A DNA stretch of 51,600 nucleotides, from NCBI GenBank assembly GCA_030053995.1, contig JASGCP010000001.1:1-51600 (forward strand), in the 5' to 3' direction. This document shows positions 9,101 to 20,927 of this stretch, piece after piece (within the stretch, counting starts at the first letter, position 1; every line of letters begins with the position of its first letter). This DNA is from Phycisphaerales bacterium (GTDB lineage: Bacteria; Bacteroidota; Bacteroidia; Chitinophagales; Chitinophagaceae). A program made the translations under genes and the position numbers. The notes beneath the pieces were generated by a model. It was not told the origin of the DNA, made no database searches, and was given only the letters and a program-made list of their open reading frames with translations.

Positions 9101-9134
9101 CTTCGTCGCCCCTTCAATCACTAACACAGAAAAG
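9101..9134. repeat. short dispersed repeat X, copy 2 (upstream of the TPR gene)
   Basis: cttcgtcgccccttcaatcactaacacagaaaag. Direct repeat with the copy at 10363. Confidence 0.6.
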
Positions 9135-9147
9135 TTAATTTAATTCT

Positions 9148-9155
9148 TATCTTTG
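9148..9155 (+). promoter_or_regulatory. Bacteroidota-type -7 promoter box (TATCTTTG) for the TPR gene
   Basis: TAnnTTTG match 32 nt upstream of the ATG at 9188. Confidence 0.35.
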
Positions 9156-9187
9156 CAGAAGATATTTTATAAAACAATTCCAATAAT

Positions 9188-10333
9188 ATGGACACATCTG
9201 AATTAAAACCTAATGATGCAGACGCATATTACAACAGAGGATTAGGTAAAGCTGATTTGGGTGACTATGAAGAAGCAATTGCGGATTATACTAAAGCAAT
9301 AGCATTAAAACCTGATTACGCAGAAGCCTATTACAAGAGAGGAAACGCTAAATATTATTTAAACGATCATGAAAGCACGATTGCAGATTTCACCAAAGCA
9401 ATAGAATTAAAACCTGATTACGCAGAAGCCTATAACAACAGAGGAATAAATAAAGATACTTTACACGACTATGATGGAGCAATTGCGGATTACACCGTAG
9501 TGATTCGTTTAAACCCTGATGACGTAGATGCATATTGCAACAGAGGGGTTAGTAAAAAAGAATTACAAGACTATAAAGGGGCGATTGCTGATTTGACCAA
9601 AGCAATCGAATTAAATCCTGATTGTGGGGAAGCATATTGCAACAGAGGAAGCACTAAAGCTACTTTACACGACTATGACGGAGCGATTGCAGATTTCACC
9701 AAAGCAATAGAATTAAAGCCTGATTGTGTAGAAGCATATTACAACAGAGGATTAGCTAAAGCCACTTTACACCAATATGACGGCACGATTGCAGATTTCA
9801 CCAAAGCAATAGAATTAAACCCTTATTTAGTAAAAGCCTATAACAACAGAGGAGATGCTAAATCTGCTTTACACGACTATGACGGGGCGATTGCTGATTA
9901 TAGTAAAGCAATAGCATTAAAACCTGATGACGCAGAAGCCTATAACAACAGAGGATTAGCTAGATATTATTTACACGACTATGATGGAGCCATTGCGGAT
10001 TACAGTACAGCAATAGAATTAAGACCTCATGAAGCATTAGTATATAAAAACAGAGGATTAGCTAGATATTATTTACACGACTATGATGGAGCGATTGCGG
10101 ATTACACCGTAGTGATTTGTTTAAACCCTGATGACGTAGATGCATATTGCAACAGAGGGGTTAGTAAAAAAAAATTACAAGACTATAAAGGGGCGATTGC
10201 TGATTACAGTACAGCAATAGAATTAAAACCTGATTATGCAGAAGCATATAATAACAGAGGAAATGCTAAAAAAAAATTAGGCGACATTGATGGCTATAAT
10301 GCAGATATGCAAAAATATCAAAAATTAAAATAG
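9188..10333 (+). CDS. tetratricopeptide (TPR) repeat protein
   Basis: 381 aa made of about 11 tandem 34-aa units (A.ADY.KAIELKPDYAEAYNNRG). The ORF starts inside a unit. About 105 nt at 9490-9595 recur almost identically at 10100-10205. Confidence 0.85.
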   Translation: MDTSELKPNDADAYYNRGLGKADLGDYEEAIADYTKAIALKPDYAEAYYKRGNAKYYLNDHESTIADFTKAIELKPDYAEAYNNRGINKDTLHDYDGAIADYTVVIRLNPDDVDAYCNRGVSKKELQDYKGAIADLTKAIELNPDCGEAYCNRGSTKATLHDYDGAIADFTKAIELKPDCVEAYYNRGLAKATLHQYDGTIADFTKAIELNPYLVKAYNNRGDAKSALHDYDGAIADYSKAIALKPDDAEAYNNRGLARYYLHDYDGAIADYSTAIELRPHEALVYKNRGLARYYLHDYDGAIADYTVVICLNPDDVDAYCNRGVSKKKLQDYKGAIADYSTAIELKPDYAEAYNNRGNAKKKLGDIDGYNADMQKYQKLK

Positions 10334-10362
10334 TAATGTTTTGATATTTTTAAAGTAGTGCA

Positions 10363-10396
10363 CTTCGTCGCCTCACAATCACTAACGCAAAAAAAA
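10363..10396. repeat. short dispersed repeat X, copy 3 (downstream of the TPR gene)
   Basis: cttcgtcgcctcacaatcactaacgcaaaaaaaa. Confidence 0.6.
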
Positions 10397-10469
10397 TCCT
10401 ATTTTAAAGCTATCCCCCAATTCTGTCAATCCAAATTTATATTGTACCTCGTTAGCCTCATAATAATGC

Positions 10470-13400
10470 TTAAAGCATAGCATTCCACCCTTGCAAACTT
10501 TTTACTGAAATAGGTGTTTCGCCAAGTACTTCTATTGCTTGTAAAAATGATAAAGTTGACTCTAAAGTTGTTGAATAAGGTATTTTAGACAAAGCAATCA
10601 TGAGTCGCAATGGTTTTGTACTATTGGTAAAATAATCGTCCTCACCAATAATAAAGGCCGCTTCAATATCTTTAGATTGTATCAATTTATGAATACTATT
10701 CTTATCATAAATGTCAGCCGGTTTTTTAAATACATGAATATTATTTAAGCCATGCTCTTGTAACAGTTGTTTGTTTTCTACTATTGTATAAACTTCAATC
10801 TGTAAGTTTTTTAAGAATTTCAAGATATTGATACACAAAGTGCGGTTAGCATTTTTTTTATCAAGGATAAAAATAATTTTTTTAATCTTGTTATTTTTAG
10901 GAAAATTAAAAGCGGCTATTTGGCTCTTAGCAAATGCTAAATGTTTGTTTTTATCAATACCCATAACCTCACCAGTAGATTTCATTTCAGGACCTAAAAT
11001 GAGATCAACATTAGCAAAGCGCATGAATGGAAAAACACATTCTTTATAGGCGTAAAATTGATTATTTCTATGATTGTTTTTAATACTTAGCTCCTCACCC
11101 AAAATACATTCGGTTGCTAACTTAGCCACGGAATATCCTAATGCTTTTGAAATAAAAGGTACGGTTCTCGAAGCACGGGGATTAGCCTCAATGATATAAA
11201 TTTCATCCTTGTAAATAGCGTATTGGATATTAATAGCCCCTACAACATGTAAGCTGTTTGCTAATAACTTAGTGGTGGCAATGATTTTATTTTCAATGTC
11301 TTTTGACGAACTATCAAATGGGGTGCAACAAGCGGAATCCCCCGAATGAATACCGGCTTTCTCAACATGACCCAAAATGCCCGCTACCAAAACATTACCG
11401 TGTATATCACGAACGGCATCAACATCGAGCTCTTGTGCATCTTCTAAAAACTTATCAATTAAAATAGGTCCATCTAAAATAAACGCCTCATTTTCAATCA
11501 AATAAGATGACAATTCCGCCTGATTGTGTAAAATAGCCATAGCACGACCGCCCAACACATTAGAAGGACGAATGACTACTGGGAATCCTAATTTATCAAC
11601 CCCCTTTTTGATTGCACCCACATGATGTTGTATCGTATGCTCTGCCTGTTTTAATTGTAGCTGTGTAATAAGATGGCTAAACCGATCTCTATCCTCTGCA
11701 ATATCCATATCATCAAAGCTCGTTCCTAAAATTGTAATACGGTGTCTTACAAGATGCTTGGCAAGTTTCAGCGGTGTTTGTCCACCAAATTGAACAATAA
11801 CGCCGAGTAAATTTCCTTGCTCTTGTTCTTTTAAACAAATAGCAATAACATCTTCAGGACTTAAAGGTTCAAAATACAATTTATCAGCCGTATCATAATC
11901 AGTTGACACCGTTTCAGGATTACAATTAATCATAATGGCTTCGATATTCTTTTCTCTAATTGTCTGAACAGCATGCACACAAGTATAATCAAATTCAATC
12001 CCTTGACCTATTCTATTGGGACCACCACCAATAATAATAACTTTCTTTCTTTTAGTAGGGTTTGCCTCACATTGAAGTTGCTGTAATTCTGGAGAACAAT
12101 TCTGAAGCGTATAAGAAGAGTAAAGGTAAGCTGTACTGGATGCAAATTCAGCGGCACAAGTATCTACTGTTTTATAAATAGGCTTAATACCAAGTATTTG
12201 ACGGCGTTTAAAAATATCCTCTTCTTTTTTTTTCGTGAGCTTGGCTATTCGTGCATCACTAAACCCCATGTTTTTGAGTTTGAATAACCCATGTTTATCT
12301 TTGGGCAAACCGTTTTTTTTGAGATATTCTTCTGTCGCCACCAAATTAGCTATTTGATCAACAAACCACTTATCAAACTGCGTTAATCTAATAATTTCTT
12401 TTACAGGTATTTTCAAACGAAGTGCATCCGCAATTAAGAGCAAACGATTGGGATATTGTTTTGACAGTGCTTTTTTGAGACCTTTAATTTTTGCTTGTTT
12501 TGTTGCCTTCGGTGCTACAAAAGGAATTATTTGTTCATCTAATCCTGTTAATCCATTTTCCAATGATCGTAATGCTTTTTGTAAAGATTCAGCAAAACTA
12601 CGCCCCATAGCCATTACTTCTCCAACCGATTTCATAGAAGTTGATAACTCTTGATTTTTAATGCCAAATTTTTCAAAAGCAAAGCGGGGAATCTTAACAA
12701 CAACATAATCAATAGACGGCTCAAAAGATGCCGGGGTAGTTTTAGTGATGTCATTGACTAATTCATCAAGTGAATAACCAATAGCCAATTTAGTAGCAAT
12801 TTTAGCAATCGGAAAACCCGTAACTTTAGAAGCTAAAGCAGAAGAACGCGATACACGGGGGTTCATTTCTATGACCACCATGCGCCCATCTTTAGGGTTG
12901 ATAGCAAATTGAACATTAGACCCGCCGGTTTCAACACCAATTTCCCTAAGTACCGCAATGGAAGCGTCCCGCATGCGTTGATATTCTTTATCTGTAAGTG
13001 TAAGTGCCGGTGCAACTGTTATGCTATCTCCGGTATGCACCCCCATTGGATCAATATTTTCAATCGAACAAATAATAATGGCATTATCTTTCTTATCTCT
13101 AACCACCTCCATTTCAAATTCTTTCCACCCCACCAAAGATTCATCAATAAGCACTTCATTAATAGGAGACATGGCTAAGCCATAAGCTACAATGTGTTCA
13201 AACTCGACCGGGGTATAAGCAATTCCACCACCCGTACCGCCTAAAGTAAGCGAAGGACGAATAACCAAAGGTAATCCTACTTGCTGCATAAATTTTTTAG
13301 CCGTAGCAAGAGATTGAACTACTTTATTCTTAGGAACTTCTAAGCCAATTTTAAGCATGGCTTGATTAAACAAATGCCTACTTTCAGCTTTTTCAATAGC

Positions 13401-13763
13401 CTTTGAATTGGCCCCAATCATGATAACACCGTATTTCTTGAGTATCCCTAATTTTTCTAATTCTAAACCTAAATTCAATGCTGTTTGCCCACCAACAGTA
13501 GGTAATAAAGCTGACGGTCTTTCTTTCTCAATAATTTTTTCTAACACCTCAACCGATAAGGGCTCAATATAAGTGGCATCTGCAATATCTGGATCCGTCA
13601 TGATTGTGGCAGGATTCGAGTTGACAAGTATAACCCGATACCCTTCCTCTTTTAAAGCCTTGCACGCTTGCGTACCAGAATAATCAAATTCGCAAGCCTG
13701 TCCAATAATAATCGGACCAGCACCAATAACAAAAACTGACTGTATATCTGTTCTTTTAGGCAT
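10470..13763 (-). CDS. carB: carbamoyl-phosphate synthase large subunit
   Basis: 1097 aa. Duplicated ATP-grasp halves, canonical N-terminus [26 protein letters not shown] and a C-terminal MGS-like domain. Confidence 0.95.
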   Translation of the reverse strand: MPKRTDIQSVFVIGAGPIIIGQACEFDYSGTQACKALKEEGYRVILVNSNPATIMTDPDIADATYIEPLSVEVLEKIIEKERPSALLPTVGGQTALNLGLELEKLGILKKYGVIMIGANSKAIEKAESRHLFNQAMLKIGLEVPKNKVVQSLATAKKFMQQVGLPLVIRPSLTLGGTGGGIAYTPVEFEHIVAYGLAMSPINEVLIDESLVGWKEFEMEVVRDKKDNAIIICSIENIDPMGVHTGDSITVAPALTLTDKEYQRMRDASIAVLREIGVETGGSNVQFAINPKDGRMVVIEMNPRVSRSSALASKVTGFPIAKIATKLAIGYSLDELVNDITKTTPASFEPSIDYVVVKIPRFAFEKFGIKNQELSTSMKSVGEVMAMGRSFAESLQKALRSLENGLTGLDEQIIPFVAPKATKQAKIKGLKKALSKQYPNRLLLIADALRLKIPVKEIIRLTQFDKWFVDQIANLVATEEYLKKNGLPKDKHGLFKLKNMGFSDARIAKLTKKKEEDIFKRRQILGIKPIYKTVDTCAAEFASSTAYLYSSYTLQNCSPELQQLQCEANPTKRKKVIIIGGGPNRIGQGIEFDYTCVHAVQTIREKNIEAIMINCNPETVSTDYDTADKLYFEPLSPEDVIAICLKEQEQGNLLGVIVQFGGQTPLKLAKHLVRHRITILGTSFDDMDIAEDRDRFSHLITQLQLKQAEHTIQHHVGAIKKGVDKLGFPVVIRPSNVLGGRAMAILHNQAELSSYLIENEAFILDGPILIDKFLEDAQELDVDAVRDIHGNVLVAGILGHVEKAGIHSGDSACCTPFDSSSKDIENKIIATTKLLANSLHVVGAINIQYAIYKDEIYIIEANPRASRTVPFISKALGYSVAKLATECILGEELSIKNNHRNNQFYAYKECVFPFMRFANVDLILGPEMKSTGEVMGIDKNKHLAFAKSQIAAFNFPKNNKIKKIIFILDKKNANRTLCINILKFLKNLQIEVYTIVENKQLLQEHGLNNIHVFKKPADIYDKNSIHKLIQSKDIEAAFIIGEDDYFTNSTKPLRLMIALSKIPYSTTLESTLSFLQAIEVLGETPISVKSLQGWNAML

Positions 13764-14949
13764 GGGGTAATTGATAGTTCTCTGCTAGTGAAAAAAAACG
13801 ATCAAATAAATATTGGCTATCATGAGGACCCGCTGAGCTCTCCGGGTGGTACTGCACCGCAAAAATAGGTTTATTTTTGAACCGCATGCCGTCAATCGTA
13901 TTGTCGAATAATGATAAATGTGTAATGCAAATATTTTCAGGTAATTGCTCATTAGCTACACAAAAGCCATGATTTTGTGTGGTTATTTCTACTGAGCCGG
14001 TTTCTAAATTTTTAACAGGATGATTCACCCCACGGTGCCCTTGTTCCATTTTTTTTGTTTTTAGTCCAGCTACTATCGATAACAGTTGATGCCCTAAACA
14101 AATACCAAAAACTGGCTTCCCTGATTGAACAATCCCTTCAAATAGCTTTTTTGTATAACCATAAGTAGCAAATGGATCGCCCGGTCCATTAGATAAAAAA
14201 TAAGCTCGGGGCGCCCATGATTCTATTTTCTCAAATGTATCCGTTGAAGGAAAAACTTTAACGGTAAATCCTAATGATACTAAATGATTAAGAATATTAC
14301 GCTTAATACCAAAATCAATAACCGCTACTTTTATTTTTTTTCTATGTTGAATAGTAGGATACGCATTTTTTTTAAACGAAAATAATCCATATTCGTAATC
14401 GTATGCTTTTTTAGTTGTAACAAACTGTGTCAGTTCACTACCATCTAAGGTTGGTACAGAAGCTGCTTGTTGTGCCAATTTGCTCACATGAACTACCTCT
14501 TTATTGCTACCGTAATACAGTAGTCCATTTTTAAGTCCGTTTAATCTGAGATATTTTGTTAGCATGCGCGTATCGATCCCCGCAATACCAACCACTTTAT
14601 TTTTTAATAAAAAATCATTGAGCGACCGCACGGCACGGTAATTAGAATAATCAGTAATGTCATTACCTAAGACTAACCCAGAGCAATAAATTTTATCCGA
14701 CTCCATATCCGAAGGATTCGTGCCTACATTACCAATATGCGGAAAAGTGAAATTAATAATTTGTCCATAATAGGAAGGATCCGTCAAAATCTCTTGATAG
14801 CCAGTGAGCGATGTATTAAAACACATCTCCCCAATCGACACTTGTCCCTTCTGTCCTATACCTTTGCCTAAAAAATACATCCCATCTGATAATACCAGTA
14901 TAGCATTAAAATCTTTTGAAAATGTAATTTTATTCATAGTATATCGCAA
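13756..14949 (-). CDS. carA: carbamoyl-phosphate synthase small (glutaminase) subunit
   Basis: 397 aa. Class I GATase triad context GICLGHQLL ... HPE. Overlaps carB by 8 nt. Confidence 0.93.
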   Translation of the reverse strand: MRYTMNKITFSKDFNAILVLSDGMYFLGKGIGQKGQVSIGEMCFNTSLTGYQEILTDPSYYGQIINFTFPHIGNVGTNPSDMESDKIYCSGLVLGNDITDYSNYRAVRSLNDFLLKNKVVGIAGIDTRMLTKYLRLNGLKNGLLYYGSNKEVVHVSKLAQQAASVPTLDGSELTQFVTTKKAYDYEYGLFSFKKNAYPTIQHRKKIKVAVIDFGIKRNILNHLVSLGFTVKVFPSTDTFEKIESWAPRAYFLSNGPGDPFATYGYTKKLFEGIVQSGKPVFGICLGHQLLSIVAGLKTKKMEQGHRGVNHPVKNLETGSVEITTQNHGFCVANEQLPENICITHLSLFDNTIDGMRFKNKPIFAVQYHPESSAGPHDSQYLFDRFFSLAENYQLPHA

Positions 14950-15075
14950 TAAAAAAATGGAGGCAATAGTTTTCTCGCAGGCTTTGCAAAGGTAGTTTTT
15001 TTTAGGTTAATCTTTATTTTTTAGTAACAAGAAATATTTTTTTCTATGGCGGATATGTAATAATGGGTATATGCA

Positions 15076-15286
15076 GCTCTATGACGAAATAAGTAGATAA
15101 TGTAGCTAAATTTCATATTGATTGCCATGTCGCCTATAGCAGAAAAGCCCTTACTCTGTATGCTTGATTTTTTCTTTGTTTATTTCTTTTGTATCAAGAC
15201 AAAAAAAGAAAAATAAAAATTATCGTTTTAAGGCACAATTAGTGAACCATTAAACATTATTAAGCCCACTCATTTCGTCATAGAGC
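15076..15286. mobile_element. MITE-like element (211 bp) with perfect 15-bp terminal inverted repeats
   Basis: gctctatgacgaaat (15076-15090) is the exact reverse complement of atttcgtcatagagc (15272-15286). The interior is AT-rich and partly palindromic with no ORF. End-like fragments occur at 9035-9048 and 45454-45476. Confidence 0.45.
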
Positions 15287-15373
15287 CTTTTTTGCTTCGC
15301 CAATCCAATTAAAATATTAACTTCGTAAACTGTTAAAGAATAATTATTTCAAAATCCTTAAAATAAATATTAT

Positions 15374-16309
15374 ATGAAAGTTACTATTGTAGGTGCTGGT
15401 GCGGTAGGTGCAGCTTGTGCAGAAAATATCGCTAAAAAAAATGTATGTAGTGATCTTATTTTACTAGATATAAAAGAAGGCTTATCTGAAGGTAAAGCAC
15501 AAGATATTATGCAAACGGCATACTTAAATGGTTTTAATACCCGTATAACAGGCGTAACCAATAATTTTCAGGCTACAGCTCATAGTGATATTGTTGTTGT
15601 AACCTCCGGGATTCCTCGAAAACCAGGAATGACAAGAGAAGAACTCATTGGAACAAACGCCGGTATTGTTAAAGGTGTTTGTTTGAACATCCTCAAAGAA
15701 TCGCCTAATGCTATTTTCATTATCGTATCTAACCCAATGGATACCATGGCTTATTTAGCCCTGCACGAAACTAAATTGCCTAAAAATAGAATTATTGGTA
15801 TGGGCGGTCAATTAGATAGTAGTCGTTTTAAATATCAAATAAGCCAACGATTGCAATGCAATCCGCGTGACCTAAACGCTATCGTTATCGGCGGACACGG
15901 CGATACCACAATGATTCCTTTACTCAGATTAGCTACTTGGAATAGTATCCCTGTAACCCAATTTTTATCAGCAGAACAACAAACCCAAATTATTAATGAT
16001 ACCATGGTAGGCGGGGCTACGCTTACTAAATTACTCGGCACATCCGCATGGGCTGCACCCGGCGCGGCTGTATCAACCTTAGTAGAAGCTATCGCCTTAG
16101 ATACAAAATCATTAATACCTTGTTGCGTATCATTAAATGGCGAATTTGGTCAAAAAGATATTTGCTTGGGCGTACCCGTTGTTTTAGGAAGAAATGGCTG
16201 GGATAAAATAGTTGAAATACCTTTATCGAATGATGAAGCAACGGCTTTCAAAAAAAGTGCTGATGCAGTAAGAAATATGAATGAAGTATTGCAAACAGTT
16301 GTTAAATAG
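15374..16309 (+). CDS. mdh: malate dehydrogenase (LDH-like family)
   Basis: 311 aa. Rossmann motif MKVTIVGAGAVGAACA and catalytic IGGHGDTMIPL region. Confidence 0.9.
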   Translation: MKVTIVGAGAVGAACAENIAKKNVCSDLILLDIKEGLSEGKAQDIMQTAYLNGFNTRITGVTNNFQATAHSDIVVVTSGIPRKPGMTREELIGTNAGIVKGVCLNILKESPNAIFIIVSNPMDTMAYLALHETKLPKNRIIGMGGQLDSSRFKYQISQRLQCNPRDLNAIVIGGHGDTTMIPLLRLATWNSIPVTQFLSAEQQTQIINDTMVGGATLTKLLGTSAWAAPGAAVSTLVEAIALDTKSLIPCCVSLNGEFGQKDICLGVPVVLGRNGWDKIVEIPLSNDEATAFKKSADAVRNMNEVLQTVVK

Positions 16310-16353
16310 GCATTTGTATTTTTTATACCGTCATTTTATTTACTTAACGATTT

Positions 16354-18036
16354 ATGAGCGTATTTATTAGAAAATCAGTAGATGCACTCATTCTTGAAAG
16401 TAAAGATAATTCTAAACAAACACTGAAGCGATCCATGTCGCTGTTCTCCTTATTTGTATTAGGCGTAGGAGGCATCATTGGAGCAGGATTATTCTCTGTT
16501 ACGGGTTTAGTAGCTGCCAATTATGCCGGCCCATCGATCATTATTTCTTTTATTTTTGCCTCACTCGCTTGTCTATTCTCTGCCCTTTGTTATGCTGAAT
16601 TATCGAGCACCATACCAATTGCAGGAAGTGCTTACACTTATTCGTACGCTACATTAGGGGAGCTGATCGCTTGGGTTATTGGTTGGGACTTATGCTTAGA
16701 ATACGCCTTTGGGGCAGCAACAGTTAGCTCGAGTTGGAGTAGGTACTTTGTACATTTTCTATCATTACAAAATATACACATCCCCGATAATCTTACTTAC
16801 AGCATGAGTGATGGGGGATTGATCAACATCCCCGCTATCTTCATCTCGTTTGTTATTATGCTTATTCTCATCAGGGGCAATAAAGAATCGGCTTGGGGAA
16901 ATATCGTCTTTGTTTCTATTAAACTATTGGTGATTGCTGCATTTATTTTTGCCGGACTACACTTTTTTCACTGGAGCAATCTTACACCTTTTATTCCTAA
17001 GAACACAGGGACATTTGGACATTTTGGATTGAGTGGAATTATAAGGGCATCGGGTATAATCTTCTTTGCCTATTTAGGATTTGATGCCCTCAGTGCTACG
17101 GCACAAGAAGCAAAAAATCCACAGATTAATATGCCCATAGCTATTATCGGATCCTTATTAATTGTAACACTCATTTACATTGCTTTTAGTACAGTTTTAC
17201 TCGGTGTTGTACCCTATCAATTACTAAAAAGTGATGGGAATGACCTTGCACCAGTGGCTACTGCCGTAAGTAAAATGGGGGTTATAGATGTGCAGGGGAA
17301 TATGCATTTATCTTATCCTTGGCTTGCTCATGCTATTCTCATTGGCATTATATTTGGCTATATTTCTGTCTTGATGATACAGTTTATTGGTATTACAAGG
17401 GTTTTCTATTCGATGAGCAAAGACGGACTGGTGCCTAAATTTTTTGGCACACTCCATAAAAATTTTCAAACGCCTGCTAAGAATACATTCTTTTTCTTTG
17501 TTCTTGTAGCAATTCTATCGAGCACCTTATCACAAAAGGTTTTAGGTGATATGTGTAGCATTGGTACACTACTAGCTTTTATTCTTGTGTGTATTGGTGT
17601 TCTTATTTTGAGAAAGCGACAGCCTAACTTACCTAGAAAATTCAAAACCCCGTTTATGCCTTGGGTACCTTTATTGGGCATAGGATCGAGTTTGTTAATG
17701 ATGTTGTACTTAGAAGCAGAAACATGGATAAGACTCATCGCTTGGTTGCTATTAGGATTGGATTGCTATTTATTTTATGGGATAAAAAATAGTAAAATGC
17801 GCCAATCAATAGAGGGGCAGCGTGTCAATAATGTGCACCTTGTTTATTACACCGCCCTTGTTAGTTCAATCATCTTAATTATTAGCGGTCTCTACTATCA
17901 AACTGTTGTGGGTTGGCAGACGAGTAAGTTTGTATTAATACTTACAACTATTTGGAGTGTAGGGCATATTGTACTATACACTATAAAGTTGGTTACTCAA
18001 CATAATGCAGTACAAAATACAAAAGCACATACTTAA
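16354..18036 (+). CDS. APC-superfamily amino acid permease (cationic amino acid transporter-like)
   Basis: 560 aa with about 12-14 predicted TM helices. The N-terminal signature is LKRSMSLFSLFVLGVGGIIGAGLF. Confidence 0.8.
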   Translation: MSVFIRKSVDALILESKDNSKQTLKRSMSLFSLFVLGVGGIIGAGLFSVTGLVAANYAGPSIIISFIFASLACLFSALCYAELSSTIPIAGSAYTYSYATLGELIAWVIGWDLCLEYAFGAATVSSSWSRYFVHFLSLQNIHIPDNLTYSMSDGGLINIPAIFISFVIMLILIRGNKESAWGNIVFVSIKLLVIAAFIFAGLHFFHWSNLTPFIPKNTGTFGHFGLSGIIRASGIIFFAYLGFDALSATAQEAKNPQINMPIAIIGSLLIVTLIYIAFSTVLLGVVPYQLLKSDGNDLAPVATAVSKMGVIDVQGNMHLSYPWLAHAILIGIIFGYISVLMIQFIGITRVFYSMSKDGLVPKFFGTLHKNFQTPAKNTFFFFVLVAILSSTLSQKVLGDMCSIGTLLAFILVCIGVLILRKRQPNLPRKFKTPFMPWVPLLGIGSSLLMMLYLEAETWIRLIAWLLLGLDCYLFYGIKNSKMRQSIEGQRVNNVHLVYYTALVSSIILIISGLYYQTVVGWQTSKFVLILTTIWSVGHIVLYTIKLVTQHNAVQNTKAHT

Positions 18037-18173
18037 AACCTCAACTATTTAAAATATCATTAGAAGACTTCAAAAATAAAATCCTAAACTTGCATCAAAA
18101 AATAGCAACTTTGGGCGTAGAAACCTACAAATTTCTAACATTTTACAAACGCATGTCGTTATAGCCCCCAAAA

Positions 18174-18593
18174 CTACAATGATATTAAATACTGTAATGC
18201 TAACTCATATCCCTTTAATCCAAGTCCGCAGATACTACCTTTACATTTATCCGCTAATAGATTTTTACACCGAAAGTCTTCCCGAGCATAAATATTTGAC
18301 AAATGAACTTCAATAATAGGGCAGTGCACCATCGCTAAACAATCTCTTATAGCTATTGAGGTATGTGTATAGGCGGCAGCATTTAAAATAATCCCATTTA
18401 CCTTAACGGCAATATCCTGAATAATATTCACCAATTCACCCTCAATATTACTCTGATGATGTGCTAATACTATTTGAGGATATAATGCAGACAATTTTAA
18501 AAAATAACTATCAAAGGATTCAGTACCATAAATTGAAGGCTCTCTAACACCTAACAAATTAAGATTAGGACCATTAACAATAGCTATATGCAC
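18174..18593 (-). CDS. aroQ: type II 3-dehydroquinate dehydratase
   Basis: 139 aa. Motifs IAIVNGPNLNLLGVREPSIYG and HLSNIYARE. Confidence 0.92.
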   Translation of the reverse strand: MHIAIVNGPNLNLLGVREPSIYGTESFDSYFLKLSALYPQIVLAHHQSNIEGELVNIIQDIAVKVNGIILNAAAYTHTSIAIRDCLAMVHCPIIEVHLSNIYAREDFRCKNLLADKCKGSICGLGLKGYELALQYLISL

Positions 18594-18602
18594 TTCACAA
18601 AA

Positions 18603-19115
18603 TTATATAGAATCAGGATGCGTTGTTTCAGCTTCTTTCTTCTTAGCACCACTTCTTCGTGTTTTCTTAGTTGATGTTAATGCCCCATCAGATTGTGAAG
18701 TTAATTTAGAATCAGTAGCCGATTTTTTACCATTGTAAATATCGTTAAAATCTACCAACTCAATCATTGCTTGCGTAGCATCATCGCCTACTCTATTCGA
18801 CAACTTAATGATCCTTGTATAGCCACCAGGACGGTTAATTATTTTTGGACCCACTACTGTAAACAATTCCTTTACAGCATCATTATTTTGCAGATACGAA
18901 AAAACAACCCTATGTTGATGACTGATACCTAATTTATCTTGTGATAATTTTGTTTTTGTAATTAAAGGCTCTATAAAGACTCTTAGAGCTTTAGCTTTTG
19001 CCAAAGTAGTAACAATCCGTTTATGAACAATTAGCGAACATGCTAAATTCTTCAACAAAGCCTTACGATGTTCTCTTTTTCTACTTAGATTATTAATTTT
19101 ATCGCCGTGTCGCAT
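18603..19115 (-). CDS. rplQ: 50S ribosomal protein L17 (with C-terminal basic/Ser-Thr-rich extension)
   Basis: [24 protein letters not shown]... Last gene of the alpha operon. Confidence 0.95.
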   Translation of the reverse strand: MRHGDKINNLSRKREHRKALLKNLACSLIVHKRIVTTLAKAKALRVFIEPLITKTKLSQDKLGISHQHRVVFSYLQNNDAVKELFTVVGPKIINRPGGYTRIIKLSNRVGDDATQAMIELVDFNDIYNGKKSATDSKLTSQSDGALTSTKKTRRSGAKKKEAETTHPDSI

Positions 19116-19163
19116 ATATAATACATTTTTTAAAGTAACGTTAAAAAATCATAACAACAAGAG

Positions 19164-20186
19164 TTATTCAATGGCACCTATTTTTTCCAATTCGTGTCGC
19201 ATCCCAAATTTGAGTCCATTATCACCGAGCATTTGCTCTATTTCATTTAAAGACTTCTGTCCAAAGTTCCTAAACTTCAACAAATCGTCTTTCTCATATT
19301 CTACTAAGTGTGCTAAAGTATTAATTTTCGCAGATTTGAGGCAATTATAAGCTCGAACTGACAAATCCAATTCCTCCAAAGGCGTTTTTAATTTTTTCTT
19401 TAATCGCAATGTTTCCTCATTAACTACATTCACCACAGCAGGCACATCAGAATCTAATGCGATATGACTATCATTAATAAGCATCAAATGTTGAATTAAA
19501 ATTTTAGACGCATCTTTAATAGCTTCTTCAGGTCCAATAGTCCCGTCTGTTTTAATCTCCAATATCAATTTCTCAAAATCAGTTTTTTGCTCCACACGAT
19601 AGTTTTCAATAACATATCGAACATTGGTTATAGGCGTGTGTATAGAATCAATAGATATATATTGCTCTACAAGCCCACTTTTTTTATTATCCTCCGCAGA
19701 AACATAACCACGACCGCGTTCAACTAATATATCAATATTTAAAGTAGCGGTAGAATCCAAAACACAAATCTCTAATTGCGGATTTTTCACCTCAAAATAA
19801 TTAGATTCCCTACCAATATCCTCAGCTTTAAAAACTGTTTTATTCTTTAACCTAATTCTGATAACTTCCTGATTAAGTAAACTTTTTCCTTGAGGATCTA
19901 CACTTTGATTACCTTTAGGTTTAAATCTAACTTGCTTCAGATTAAGAATAATATTGGTAACATCATCCTTTACACCTTTGATTGTTGAAAACTCATGTGA
20001 TACGCCTTCTATTTTTATATTAGTAATAGCATACCCATCTAAACCGCTCAACAAAACCCTCCTCAATGCATTACCTACGGTCAAACCATATCCAGGCTCT
20101 AAAGGTCTAAACTCAAAATCCCCCGCGAAATCATTTTGCTTTTTTACAATTATCTTTTCAGGTCTTTGAAAATTTAAAATGGCCAT
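19164..20186 (-). CDS. rpoA: DNA-directed RNA polymerase subunit alpha
   Basis: The conserved N-terminus MAILNFQRPEKI begins at the ATG at 20186. The ORF-track start at 20234 abuts rpsD and adds 16 unconserved residues. Confidence 0.93.
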   Translation of the reverse strand: MAILNFQRPEKIIVKKQNDFAGDFEFRPLEPGYGLTVGNALRRVLLSGLDGYAITNIKIEGVSHEFSTIKGVKDDVTNIILNLKQVRFKPKGNQSVDPQGKSLLNQEVIRIRLKNKTVFKAEDIGRESNYFEVKNPQLEICVLDSTATLNIDILVERGRGYVSAEDNKKSGLVEQYISIDSIHTPITNVRYVIENYRVEQKTDFEKLILEIKTDGTIGPEEAIKDASKILIQHLMLINDSHIALDSDVPAVVNVVNEETLRLKKKLKTPLEELDLSVRAYNCLKSAKINTLAHLVEYEKDDLLKFRNFGQKSLNEIEQMLGDNGLKFGMRHELEKIGAIE

Positions 20187-20233
20187 AATATTTATATAAT
20201 TATTTTTTACTTTTATGTACAAGAATCCAAACA

Positions 20234-20839
20234 CTATTTTGAATACAACTCTACTATTAACTGCTCACGTATATTCTCGGGAACTTGAGCTCGTTCAGGA
20301 AAATTAACAAAAGTACCTTGCTTTTCTTGTTCATTCCAAACCAACCAACTGAATTTAGGATTTTTACCCTTAATTTTATTCAATATAGCAGGGTTGTTAA
20401 AACTTTTTGCAGAAAAACTAATAACATCCCCATGTTTACACTGATACGATGGTATATTAACAACCGAACCATTAACAGTAACATGCTTGTGACTAACAAG
20501 TTGTCTTGCTTCAGGGCGACTCGCCGTTAACCCCAATCTATAAACAGTATTATCCAATCTACACTCTAATAATCTAATTAAATTTTCACCAGTTACCCCT
20601 TTCATTCTTGATGCTTCATCAAAAGTTTTACGAAACTGTTTTTCCAATATACCATAAGTATATTTAGCCTTCTGTTTTTCTTTTAATTGTAGGGCATAGC
20701 CGTCCAAGTTTTTTCGCTTTCTAGCCATGCCATGTTGACCTGGCGGGTTACTTGTTTTAGTTAGCCATTTAGCATTACCCAAAATAGGTTCACCAAAAAT
20801 TCTACAAACCCTCGTTTTTGCTCCCGTATATCTTGCCAT
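20234..20839 (-). CDS. rpsD: 30S ribosomal protein S4
   Basis: MARYTGAKTRVCRIFGEPI..., 201 aa. Confidence 0.96.
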   Translation of the reverse strand: MARYTGAKTRVCRIFGEPILGNAKWLTKTSNPPGQHGMARKRKNLDGYALQLKEKQKAKYTYGILEKQFRKTFDEASRMKGVTGENLIRLLECRLDNTVYRLGLTASRPEARQLVSHKHVTVNGSVVNIPSYQCKHGDVISFSAKSFNNPAILNKIKGKNPKFSWLVWNEQEKQGTFVNFPERAQVPENIREQLIVELYSK

Positions 20840-20927
20840 ATTTTTTTATTGATTTTTATTTTTACTTATTATCAAAATTAGATTGTTAAAACAGCCATAA
20901 ATTTACAATTCAAAAATTATTTCACAA

